A stretch of 64,000 nt of DNA, from the NCBI RefSeq assembly GCF_036365525.1, contig NC_090380.1:60540712-60604711 (forward strand). The letters run 5' to 3'. The translations under genes and the position numbers were made by a program. Source of the stretch: Heterodontus francisci (taxonomy: Eukaryota). The notes beneath the pieces are model-generated. The model saw nothing but the letters and a program-made list of their open reading frames with translations, had not been told where the DNA came from and searched no databases. Every line of letters starts with the position of its first letter. Positions within the stretch are counted from its first letter, which is position 1. Of the stretch, positions 49,690 through 59,904 are shown piece by piece.

Positions 49690-51543
49690 CCCTCTGAACT
49701 TGAGGCACTCCGTTCTCTCAGGTCTAACCCCGACATGGTCATCAAACCTGCAGACAAGGGTGGTGCTGTTGTTGTATGGCGTACCGACCTCTACCTTGCA
49801 GAAGCTCAACGACAACTCACAGACACCTCTTCCTACCTCCCTCTGGACCATGACCCCACCACCGAACATCAAGCCACCGTCCAAAGGACTGTCACTGACC
49901 TCATCTCCTCTGGAGATCTTCCCTCTACGGCTTACAACCTCATAGTCCCACAACCCCGGACAGCCCGCTTCTACCTCCTTCCCAAAATCCACAAACGGGA
50001 CTGTCCCGGCAGACCCATTGTGTCAGCCTGCTCCTGCCCCACTGAACTTATTTCTTCCTATCCAGACTCTATCTTTTCTCCGCTGGTCCAGTCTCTTCCC
50101 ACTTACATCCGTGACTCTTCTGACGCCCTACGTCATTTTGACAATTTCCAGTTTCCTGGTCCCAACCGCCTCCTCTTCACTGTGAATGTCCAATCGCTCT
50201 ACACCTCCATCCCCCACCAGGATGGTTTGAGGGCTCTCCGCTTCTTCCTGGAACAGAGGCCCAACCAGTCCCCATCCACCACCACCCTCCGCCGCCTGGC
50301 TGAACTTGTTCTCACATTGAACAACTTCTCCTTCAACTCCACGCACTTCCTTCAAGTAAAAGGTGTCGCTATGGGTACCCGCATGGGTCCTAGTTATGCC
50401 TGTCTTTTTGTGGGATATGTCGAGCATTCTTTGTTCCAGTCCTACTCAGGTCCCCTCCCCCAACTCTTTTTCCGGTACATTGATGACTGTATCGGTGCCG
50501 TTTCCTGCTCCCGCCCCGAACTAGAAAACTTTATCAACTTTGCTTCCAATTTCCACCCTTCTCTCACCTTTACATGGTCCATCTCTGACACTTCCCTTCC
50601 CTTCCTCGACTTCTCTGTCTCCATCTCTGGGGATAGGTTGTCGACCAATATCCATTATAAGCCCACCGACTCCCACAGCTACCTCGACTACACTTCTTCA
50701 CACCCTACCTGCTGTAAGGACTGCATTCCATTCTCCCAGTTTCTCCGTCTCCGACGCATCTGCTCTGATGATGCTACCTTCCATGACGGTGCTTCTGATA
50801 TGACCTTTTTCCTCAACCGAGGATTTCCCCCCACTGTGGTTGACAGGGCCCTCAACCGTGTCCGTCCCATTCCCCGCACCTCTACCCTCACCCCTTCCCG
50901 TCCCTCCCAGAACCGTGACAGGGTTCCCCTTGTCCTCACTTTTCATCCCACCAGCCTCCATATCCAAAGGATCATCCTCCGCCATTTTCGCCACCTCCAG
51001 CGTGATGCCACTATCAGTCGCATCTTCCCCTCCCTTCCCCTGTCAGCATTCCGAAGGGATCGTTCCCTCCGCTACACCCTGGTCCACTCCTCCATTATCC
51101 CCACCACCTCGTCCCCGTCCCAGGGCACCTTCCCCTGCAATCGCAGGAGGTGTAATACCTGCCCATTTACCTCCTCTCTCCTCACTATCCCAGGCCCCAA
51201 ACACTCCTTTCAGGTGAAGCAGCGATTTACTTGTACTTCTTTCAATGTAGTATACTGTATTCGCTGCTCACAGTGTGGTCTCCTCTACATTGGGGAGACC
51301 AAGCGCAGACTGGGTGACCGCTTTGCGGAACATCTCCGCTCAGTCCGCAAGCAGGACCCTGAGCTTCCGGTTGCTTGCCATTTCAACACTCCCCCCTGCT
51401 CTCATGCTCACATCTCTGTCCTGGGATTGCTGCAGTGTTCCAGTGAACATCAACGCAAGCTCGAGGAACAGCATCTCGTCTACCGATTAGGCACACTACA
51501 GCCTGCCGGACTGAACATTGAGTTCAATAATTTCAGAGCATGA
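49690..51543 (+). CDS. PLE reverse transcriptase + GIY-YIG endonuclease (5'-truncated, open to stop)
   Basis: IKPADKGG, FYLLPKIHK, GRPIVS, GVAMG, RYIDD, linker CNRRRCNTC, VVYCIRC...LYIGETKR...RFAEH. Confidence 0.92.
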   Translation, partial: PSELEALRSLRSNPDMVIKPADKGGAVVVWRTDLYLAEAQRQLTDTSSYLPLDHDPTTEHQATVQRTVTDLISSGDLPSTAYNLIVPQPRTARFYLLPKIHKRDCPGRPIVSACSCPTELISSYPDSIFSPLVQSLPTYIRDSSDALRHFDNFQFPGPNRLLFTVNVQSLYTSIPHQDGLRALRFFLEQRPNQSPSTTTLRRLAELVLTLNNFSFNSTHFLQVKGVAMGTRMGPSYACLFVGYVEHSLFQSYSGPLPQLFFRYIDDCIGAVSCSRPELENFINFASNFHPSLTFTWSISDTSLPFLDFSVSISGDRLSTNIHYKPTDSHSYLDYTSSHPTCCKDCIPFSQFLRLRRICSDDATFHDGASDMTFFLNRGFPPTVVDRALNRVRPIPRTSTLTPSRPSQNRDRVPLVLTFHPTSLHIQRIILRHFRHLQRDATISRIFPSLPLSAFRRDRSLRYTLVHSSIIPTTSSPSQGTFPCNRRRCNTCPFTSSLLTIPGPKHSFQVKQRFTCTSFNVVYCIRCSQCGLLYIGETKRRLGDRFAEHLRSVRKQDPELPVACHFNTPPCSHAHISVLGLLQCSSEHQRKLEEQHLVYRLGTLQPAGLNIEFNNFRA

Positions 51544-51909
51544 CAGCCCCCCATTTTACTTTCATTTTTAGTAATTTTTTCTTCCTTTTTTTTACATTCT
51601 TTTTTACATTTTTTACAATTTTTTTTGCATTTATTTCATTTCATCTTAGTTTGTTCAGTTTGCTTACCCACTTTTTTTCAGGTTTTTTTTTCAGGTTTGC
51701 ACTTGCTGCTGTTCAATATTCAGTGTATTCACACCTAATCTGTACTAATGCTTTGTCTTTCAACACACCATTAACATATTGTTTGCCTTTGCTCCATGAC
51801 CTTTTGGTCAGCTGTGTGGCCTGGTCCAATCTGCACCTTCTCCTTTGTTATCTCTTGCCCCACCCCCACCTCACTTGCTTATAATCTGTGACTTTTCTAA
51901 TATTTGTCA

Positions 51910-51944
51910 GTTCCGAAGAAGGGTCACTGACCCGAAATGTTAAC
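51910..51944 (+). ncRNA. Minimal hammerhead ribozyme (variant core; GAAAT point change)
   Basis: GTT-CCGAAGA-a-GGGTCActGACCC-GAAAT-GTT-AAC. Confidence 0.55.
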
Positions 51945-53157
51945 TCTGCTTCTCTTTCCACAGATGCTGCCAGACCTGCTGAGTGATTCCAGCATTTCTT
52001 GTTTTTGTTTCAGATTTCCAGCATCCGCAGTATTTTGCTTTTAAATTCTTATAGACACTTAATTGGGTCCAAAGAATTGAACTAGCTTTCCCTCAAAGAA
52101 AGAAAATTAACAGAAAATATTACCATCTTTTGGATAGCCTATTTTTAATAATTATGGCTATGTCATAAATATCTCATATTATAATAGTCTTGGAAACTCT
52201 CTTCAATACGTATCTCTCCACCTAAAGAGACACAGGGAGGGGGTTCTTGTAGTTGTATACAGAATACTACATGAGACGATTTATTCACTTTTATATATTT
52301 ATTAAAGAATTTAACATGCAATACACTTTTAAGTGGATATGTATATCACAATATTAAATATTACTAAGTGTAACACATAATCTTATTTCTAATATAGAAT
52401 CCAAAAGTTTAATCTTGCTAATGTTACAGCAAAATATCTTAGAATAGCCATCAAAATTTAAAATAAACTGTTACCTTAAATTCCTTAAGTAAACCATAGG
52501 GTGAGAAGTATTGTTTGAGGAATTCAATACTTTTAATTTTTTACTTCAGAAACTCTCATGTTTATACTGTTTCTGAGGTATCATATGACCTTTTAGCAAA
52601 TAGGGGTTACCTTTCTGTGTGTGTTTTTCATGCTTTCAGGATCCATATTCGATAGTATCATTAACTAACATCTCCATTTAATGTTTTACTGGAATTCCCC
52701 TGCTCTTGAAGTTGTGAGCATTTATGTGGTCAAAATATTTATAATTGTGTTTACTTGACCTCTTGTTCCTGTAAGTCCATTTTATTTTTGTAATGTCTAT
52801 AATTGTGTTTTCTGGTAGGTTGAACCCTCTTTGTGGGCCAATCTGCCTACATTTACCAATACCATCAATTAATTAAATTTGTGGTTCCCTTTAACTGATG
52901 TCATACAAGATATTTCAATGTGTGTGTTTATCTTCCAAGTCCCTGGCAACAGAGACACTGAAAAGGATTTTCCAACTTGCTTCTGGTTCGCATTCTATTG
53001 TAACAGGGACCTTGAAAGACCTTGAAATATTTAACTCTACCGTCTTAAAGGGGAATGTCAGTGAGTCTTAAAAACTGACCATTTATCCAATCTTTAATTC
53101 TAAAAGGTACAATATATTAACTATATCTAAATGCTACCTAAGTAATGCTACCTATAT

Positions 53158-53378
53158 AAAAGCAAAATACTGCGGATGCTGGAAATCTGAAACAAAAACA
53201 AGAAATGCTGGAATCACTCAGCAGGTCTGGCAGCATCTGTGGAAAGAGAAGCAGAGTTAACGTTTCGGGTCAGTGACCCTCCTTCCGAAGAAGGGTCACT
53301 GACCCGAAACGTTAACTCTGCTTCTCTTTCCACAGATGCTGCCAGACCTGCTGAGTGATTCCAGCATTTCTTGTTTTT
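53158..53378. mobile_element. Miniature fold-back PLE derivative (~220-bp hairpin of two pLTR ends)
   Basis: Perfect ~90-bp stem centred near 53285; 16-bp TSD GTAATGCTACCTATAT at 53142 and 53379. Confidence 0.92.
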
Positions 53379-53571
53379 GTAATGCTACCTATATTTCATC
53401 ACAGTCATACTCAGTCAAATGCTACCTTGATGTCAAAGACAGTCACTCTCACCTCACCTCTTGATTTCAGCTCTTTTGTCCATGTTTGAATCAAGGCTGT
53501 AATGAGGTCAGGGGCTGAGTGGCCCTGGCAGAACCCAACCTGAGCGTCACTGAGCAGGTTATTGCTAAGCT

Positions 53572-53904
53572 GTGAATGAAGTGGAACAACTTCCATTTGA
53601 AAATAGACCAGGAGACTTCCTAGAGGAGATTAATGATCCCAATCATGCATTCTGGATGGCAGACATTTATGTCAATGGACATATTACTAATTTTATATTG
53701 GACACAGGTGCAAGTGTCACAGTGTTGTCAGATCAAGAGCTGTTGTTGTCGACGCATTGCTTGCAACCAGCAGACACTCAGTTAAACGGTGCAGGACGGA
53801 TTGAACTGAAGGTCAAGGGAAAGCTGCAAGCAACATTCCAATATCGGGGTAGGCAGGTAATGGAAACCCCGTACGTTCTGAAAAACCAAGAAAAGCGTGC
53901 TTAG
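53572..53904 (+). pseudogene. Gypsy aspartic protease remnant
   Basis: FILDTGASVTVL catalytic motif. Confidence 0.85.
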
Positions 53905-54590
53905 ACCTACATTTAATTAAAAAAGCGAATGAAATCAAACAGCCAGAGTCCAAAATTTGCTTTCAAGCAGATTTTCCGAAACTATCACCTTCAGAGCTGT
54001 TGATGGGGAGGAAGCTAAAAACTCAGCTTCCTCTTCTACCCAAGAAACTACTTCAAGCGCTAGATCTCCAGGATTATCAGAGAGTTCAAGACAGAGAGAA
54101 GTCTTATCGGAAACAACAAGCTCACAATTATAATAAGAGATTTCATACAAGAAACCTACCGAGGTTGAAGGAAGGAGAAAAAGTATGGATATGAGACCTA
54201 GCAAGAGAAGGTGTAGCCATGCAGAGAGATGAAAATCATCAGAAGGTACTATCAGATGAAATAGGAGAAACCTTATCTCCATTCCTCAGAAACAACACGC
54301 AGTTGTATATTTGGATGAACCAGATGGTGATCATGAAACCCAGAGACAACAAGATACTACAAACCTTAGTCAAGGCCATCTAAGTCGTTGACCAACACTT
54401 CCGAGAAAGATTACTGATCTTGAGTGTCCAACAAGAACATGATCAGGGAGACTCATGAAGCTTCCTGACAGATTGAATCTGTGATGTCAGAGATTTGGTG
54501 GGAGGGTGGGAGATAGGATAGTATGTCAAGTCAAAATGAATGAATGTATGTATATCAAAATTATATATGGAGAATGACTTGGGGGGGAGA

Positions 54591-54826
54591 TGTAGTATAC
54601 GGGTCTGAAAGGGTTAATGTTTAAGACAGTGAGGGTAACCCCTCTTACTGTTGTGGTGATGATGATGTAACAGTTACATTGGTAATAGGCTTGGAAGAAG
54701 CATCATGAGAGGTGTGAGCAAGACATGCTTAAGGAGAATGTATATAGTTGTGTAAATACAATAAACAAGTTATTATTTAGACCTACAGAGCCTCTAAGAG
54801 TTCTGTAGACAAAGCTCATCCTAACA
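54591..54826 (+). repeat. Gypsy 3' LTR
   Basis: TGTAG...CTAACA after the PPT; AATAAA at ~54760; similar to 40608-40786. Confidence 0.85.
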
Positions 54827-54839
54827 TCTTAAACACTAT

Positions 54840-56130
54840 CAACAATATACAACATATCCCAAAGTGCTTTACAGCCAATTAAGTACTTTTCACTGTTGTA
54901 ATGTAAGAAATGCAGCAATTTATGCACAGCAAGGTCCCTCAAACACTAATGTGATAGTGGCCTGATAGTCTGTTTAATAATGTTGATTTAGGGATCAATA
55001 CTGGCCAGGAGACTGGGGAAAACTCCACTGCTCTTTGAATAGTACCATGGTATATTTTACAGGTACGTGAGAAGGTAGATTGGGGGCTGGATTTTACAGC
55101 CACCCCACCCCCCCCCCCCGCCCGCCCCACACCCCCACCCCCGGTGTCGGGGGATGTGGCAGGGAGTGGTGACATAAAATGCCTCCAGTAGAGGCCCGCC
55201 ACGGGCCTCGATGCCAGGAAGACCCGAACCAATATTGCCGGTGGCGGTGTGGCCTCATGGCGGCACCCCCCCCCCCACCCCCGCAACACTGCTCGCCAAT
55301 GGGAGTGAAATGTGCATATGTAAATAAATTTCAATACCTGAATTTATGAACGTCGTGCTCCCACTGTCCATGGCGGAGCGATATTGGTGCCGTTGGCTGG
55401 CATTCCCGTGCCTTCGGATCCCCGACCAGAGATCCGAGGCGGAGAACTGGTGGGGTGGGGGGAGCAGGTAGGTTTTCCAGTGCAGGATTGGGGGGTGGGG
55501 GAGTGGGAGCGGCGTCAAAGACATTTCATTGGTATAAGGGATGGTGGGAAGGGGTAAAGTTTAAAGTTGATGAAGTTTGGGGGAGGGGAAGGTCGGGAGC
55601 ACAAGGTATATGCTTTGTGGGGGGTGAAAGGGCAGGGAATTAATTCTGTGGTTATTGGGGGGGTGGTGATGGGAAAGGTCAGGATACCTTTATTTACTTT
55701 TTAAAAAGCTGTACTTCTTTAAATATTTAAACTGAAATGTAGGGGCTCAAAGCCCTTTAAAAATGGAGTCAGCGCCTGCGCAGAGATGACTAATGGCATT
55801 GCCGGGATCGGTCCACACACTCCCTCCACGTCATCGGGGGTGGGGTGGTCCGCCCCGGCTATTTAAATGAGCCGCCACATTTAATCTCGTGGCAGCTCCG
55901 CGAAGTGTGGCTCGTACATAAGGACTGCCATTGTTTGCAGCGGACATATGAATTACAGCCCTGGGCCTCTGTTTAGCATCTCATCTGAAAGGCAAAATCT
56001 CCAACAATGCAGTACTCTCTCAGTATTGTACTATCAGTCTAGAATTTTTACTCAAGTCTCTGCAGTGGGACTTAAACCCACATTCTTCTATCTCAGAGGT
56101 GACAGTGCTATCATTGAGCCACAGCTGACA
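54840..56130 (-). mobile_element. DeuSINE (SacSINE1-like), split by a MITE
   Basis: Deu-domain-like sequence (GCCTCTGTTTAGCATCTCATCTGAAAG...CAGTACTCTCTCAGTA) and tRNA-like head; related copy at ~57900-58057 plus 59288-59390. Confidence 0.65.
55084..55961. mobile_element. Harbinger/PIF-like MITE
   Basis: TIRs GGGCTGGATTT / AATTACAGCCC; 3-bp TSD TGG. Confidence 0.8.
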
Positions 56131-56242
56131 CAACATTCCAGTGTACTTTGTGAACCTCCAAATATTTTAGAGATGAATACTTTACAGAAAATGTTTTTGG
56201 AATAATTGATTTGTTTCATTATATTCTGTTCCCATTTCACAG

Positions 56243-56578
56243 GGAAAAATCTGACTGTGGAGACGCAGGAGAATATGACAGCAGTTTTAGGTGGAAATGT
56301 TACCTTCAGTTGTACTACACATTTAAAAGATATTCTACAGGTCACCTGGCAAAAGTTAAATGGTCAATCTGAAGAGAATATCGCTACATTCAGTGAAAAT
56401 TATGGACCCAATGTAATTGGGTCATTTAGTGGTAGAGCTGCTTTCATACCATCAAAGATGGAAGTGTCCACCATTGCACTGTCTGGAGTGAAGCTTGAAG
56501 ATGAAGGATGTTATCAGTGTGTCTTTCATACATTCAGACATGGATCAAATGTTGGGAAGACCTGCCTCACTGTACATG
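56243..56578 (+). CDS. CD200: Ig V-set exon A of the CD200 (OX-2)-like gene
   Basis: TTTCACAG acceptor, G|GTAAG donor, 336 nt phase 1-1. Motifs VTWQK, ENIATFSENYG and LEDEGCYQCVFHTF...CLTV resemble CD200, including the extra F-G strand Cys pair. Orthology not established. Confidence 0.88.
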
Positions 56579-58059
56579 GTAAGACTGATATGAGAAAGCT
56601 TGAAACCAAAAAACGATGTTCAGTTCATCAAACCATTTCCTTCCACAGTCCATACATAACTACTTCAACCATGAACTTGCTACTGAACCAAAGTCGTGAT
56701 ATTTTCTTTCTAATTCTCATGTGAATTAAACAGATCTTTTAATATATCTACAACTCCTACTCAACAGATATTCGACTCAATTTATTTTTAATGGTATCAA
56801 CTGACCCTGAATTAAGACCTTCTCTGGGATCTGTTCCACATATACACTATCTCATGTGAAAAAAGTAATCTTGCCTGAAGCTCGTGAATTCTATGCTTCC
56901 TGTTTGAGCTAAATAACCTATTTATGCCTATGTTACCGTTACCTTTCATTACTTTAAATCACAAAGTTTAAACTACATTTCAAGCCATTTAGGTTGTATA
57001 CATTGTTTTTTGCACTGAACATTACATTTAAACTAATTTCTCGGGTCTAGTTTAACTGCAATGATTTATTGATTAGAATTTGAGATGCTTGATCTGCCAT
57101 GAAGGATGAGCAGTGAGTAAGAGGTTTTCAACAGATCAATTTAATCCTATCATGGGTGGAGTATTGCTTAGTTGTATGCCAGAGAGCATAGCATAGTAAG
57201 TTTAAAAATAATTTTTAATTACCCAGTAGAAAACTACCATATTTTTATCTACCAGCTCACTAACAGAGCCTTAGCAAGCAACAGCTAACTTTCCACAGAA
57301 AGATTGGTGCCAGTATTACTCCTCATACTTTGGACAGAAAAGGTAAAAAACTGCGAGGTTCAATTTATCATCTAATTTTCTGCCAGTCCTCCTCTCATTG
57401 TTGCTGCTGGAACTGGCAAAATGTAGTATTCATAATGTGCTAGAAATTAATATATTGCTGTTTAAATTGTTAGAATACTTGGTGAATTATAATAGAGTAA
57501 CTAGGGACTAAATACATACTGAAATATGCACAGAAATCAAGACAGTGGATAGTATTTCAAGCACAGGGGCCTATAAAATTGGTTGTTGCCCAATGTCAGG
57601 GCAAACCTTAAGGCAAATGTAACTTGCTACACCAAAGCTGATGAACAAATGAACCATGTAAAATCGGTCCTCTTGCGTGATCAGGATGTGACCAGCATGG
57701 TGGGGATGCCAGTAACAGGACAATAGACACCTGAAGATGAATATCTGCACTCCTACCGCTTCTGACTCCATATTCAGGTCAGTAAGAAAAATATATTTGG
57801 TAGCATAATCCAGTGGACACTCTCAAAACCTTTGGTTTGGCAGCTGTGCACCTGAGAAAATTGACCACAGGGTCAGGCGCCAACCAACTAATGGCCAGAC
57901 AATCTCTTTTAATAATGTTGACTGAAGGATTAATATTGACCTGGACATGGGAAACCTCCCCCCGCTCTTCATTTAATAGGGCCATAGTATCTCTTACATT
58001 CGCTTGAGAAGGTAGATGGGGTGTTGGTTTAGCATCTCATCTGAAAAATGGCACCTTTG

Positions 58060-59287
58060 ATTTTTTTAAATGCGTTCTTCGGATGTGAGCATCGGTGCCA
58101 AGGCCAGCATTTATTTCCCACCCCGAGCTGTCTTTGAGCAGATGGTGGTGAACTGCCTTTTTGAACCGCTGCAGTCCATGTAATGTAGGTACACCCACAG
58201 TGCTGTTCTGGAGGGAGTTCCAGGAGTACCAGAATGGCACTACCTTTTCAAGTCAGGATGGTGTGTTACTTGAAAGGGAACTTGGAGATGATGGTGGTTC
58301 CACATATCTGTTTCCCTTGTTCTTATAGGTGGTAGAGGTCACTGGATTTGAAGCTGCTTTAGCAAGTTGCTGCAGTGCATATTATGGATGGTATACACTG
58401 CTGCCACTGTGCACTGATGATGGAGAGAGTGAATGTTGAAGGTGGTGGATGGGGTGCCGATCAAGTGGACTGCTTTGTCTCGGATGGTGTCGAGCTTCCT
58501 GAATATTGTTGGAGCCACACTCATCCAGGCAGGTGGAGAATATTCCATCACACTCCTGACTGATACCTTGTAGATGGTGGACAGGCTTTGGGGAGTCAGG
58601 AGGTGAGTTATTCGCCACAGAAATTCCAGCCTCTGACCTGCTGTTGTAGCCACAGTATTTATTTGGCTGGTCCAGTTAAGTTTCTGGTCAATGGTAACCC
58701 CCATGCTGTTGATGGGTTCGGGGGGGGTGGTGGGGGGGTGGAATTCAGCAATCGCAATGCTATTGAATGTCAAGGGGAGATATTTAAATTCTCTCTTGTT
58801 GGAGATGGTCATTGCCTGGAGCTTATGTTACTTGCCATTTCTCAGCCCAAGCCTGAATGCTCCAGATCTTGTTGCATGCAGGCACAGACTGCTTCAGTAT
58901 CTGAGGAGTTGCAAATGGAAATGAACACTGTGCAATCATCAGCCAAAAGCCCCACTTCTGACCTTCTGTTGAAGGGAAGGCCATTGATGAAGCAGTTGAA
59001 GATGGTTGAACCTAGGACATTACCCTGAGGAACTCCTGCAGCAATGTCCTGGGATGATTGGCCTCCATCAACCACAACCATCTCCCTATGTGCTAGGTAT
59101 AACTCCAACCAGTAGAGAGTTTCCCCCTGATTCCCATTTAGCTAGGTCTCCTTGATGCGATACTCAGTCAAATGCTGCCTTGATGTCAAGGTCAATCACT
59201 CTCACCTCGCCTCTGGAATTCAGCTCTTCTGTCCATGTTTGGCCCAAGGTTGTAATGAAGTCCGGAGCTGAGTGGCCCTGGCAGCAC
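58060..59287 (-). mobile_element. L2/Crack-like LINE fragment inserted in the DeuSINE
   Basis: ORFs 58339-58812 and 58842-59108 match the family at 19204-21368. Confidence 0.85.
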
Positions 59288-59495
59288 CCTCCCTCTGTAC
59301 TGGGAGTATCAGACTAGAATTTGCACTCAGGTCTCTGCTGTGGGCTTTGAACCCTCAGAAGCAACAGTGCTACCATTGAGCCACAGTAGTCCACTATATG
59401 TTGTAAACCTCCAAATACTTTAGAGATAAATTCTTTACAGAAAATGTATGTGGAATAATTGATGTGTTTTATTATATTCTTTTCCCGTTTCACAG

Positions 59496-59831
59496 GAAAA
59501 GATCTGACTGTGGAGACGCAGGAGAATATGACAGCAGTTTTAGGTGGAAATGTTATTTTCAACTGTACTACACATTTAAAAGATATTCTACAGGTCACCT
59601 GGCGAAAGTTAAATAGTCAGTCTGAGGAGAATATCGCTACATTCAGTGAAAATTTTGGACCCAATTTATTTGGGTCATTTAGTGGTAGAGCTGCTTTCAT
59701 ACCATCGAAGATGGAAGTGTCGACCATTGCACTGTCTGGAGTGAGGCTTGAAGATGAAGGATGTTATCAGTGTGTCTTTCATACATTCAGAACTGGATCA
59801 AACATTGGGAAGACCTGCCTCAATGTACATG
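59496..59831 (+). CDS. CD200: Ig V-set exon B of the CD200-like gene (tandem duplicate)
   Basis: Same splice sites and length as exon A, open frame, ~94% nt identity by manual alignment. Confidence 0.88.
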
Positions 59832-59904
59832 GTAAGACTGATATAAATAAGAACATAAGAAAGCTTGAAACCAAGATACTGAACTTCATTATTAATATCA
59901 ATGA

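Larger units (their letters stand above)
46910..52042. mobile_element. Young Penelope-like (Neptune-type) element as a 5.1-kb inverted repeat
   Basis: Arms ~46910-49231 and ~49689-52010 are near-perfect reverse complements; 16-bp TSD AAATTCTTATAGACAC at 46894 and 52043. Confidence 0.95.
46802..53403. mobile_element. AT-rich solo LTR (~1.2 kb net), split by two PLE insertions
   Basis: TG...CA termini; 4-bp TSD GCCA/GTCA (one mismatch) inside the LINE. Confidence 0.65.
45662..53570 (-). mobile_element. L2/Crack-like LINE (45662-46801 plus 53404-53570), split by a solo LTR
   Basis: Reverse homology to 20100-21368; sequence resumes after the insert. Confidence 0.85.
40608..54826 (+). mobile_element. 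Internally deleted Gypsy LTR retrotransposon hosting many nested elements
   Basis: 5' LTR start 40608-40786 matches 3' LTR 54591-54826; PPT GGGGGGGAGA at 54581-54590; gag, protease and integrase-tail remnants in order. Confidence 0.85.

Noticed and set aside
48457-49992. 511-aa minus-strand ORF, and the N-terminus of the 629-aa plus ORF, as novel proteins
   Set aside because: Both read across the inversion junction; their N-termini are antisense PLE sequence, not real starts
46910-52042. Inverted repeat as an assembly artefact
   Set aside because: The arms differ by scattered substitutions and indels, the ends are asymmetric in the PLE-typical way, and a 16-bp TSD flanks it; read-level confirmation is still desirable
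56206-56724. Single-exon 172-aa and 153-aa ORFs with an apparent hydrophobic N-terminus (also 59459-59920)
   Set aside because: The extensions are polypyrimidine tract and intron read-through; splice sites define 336-nt exons
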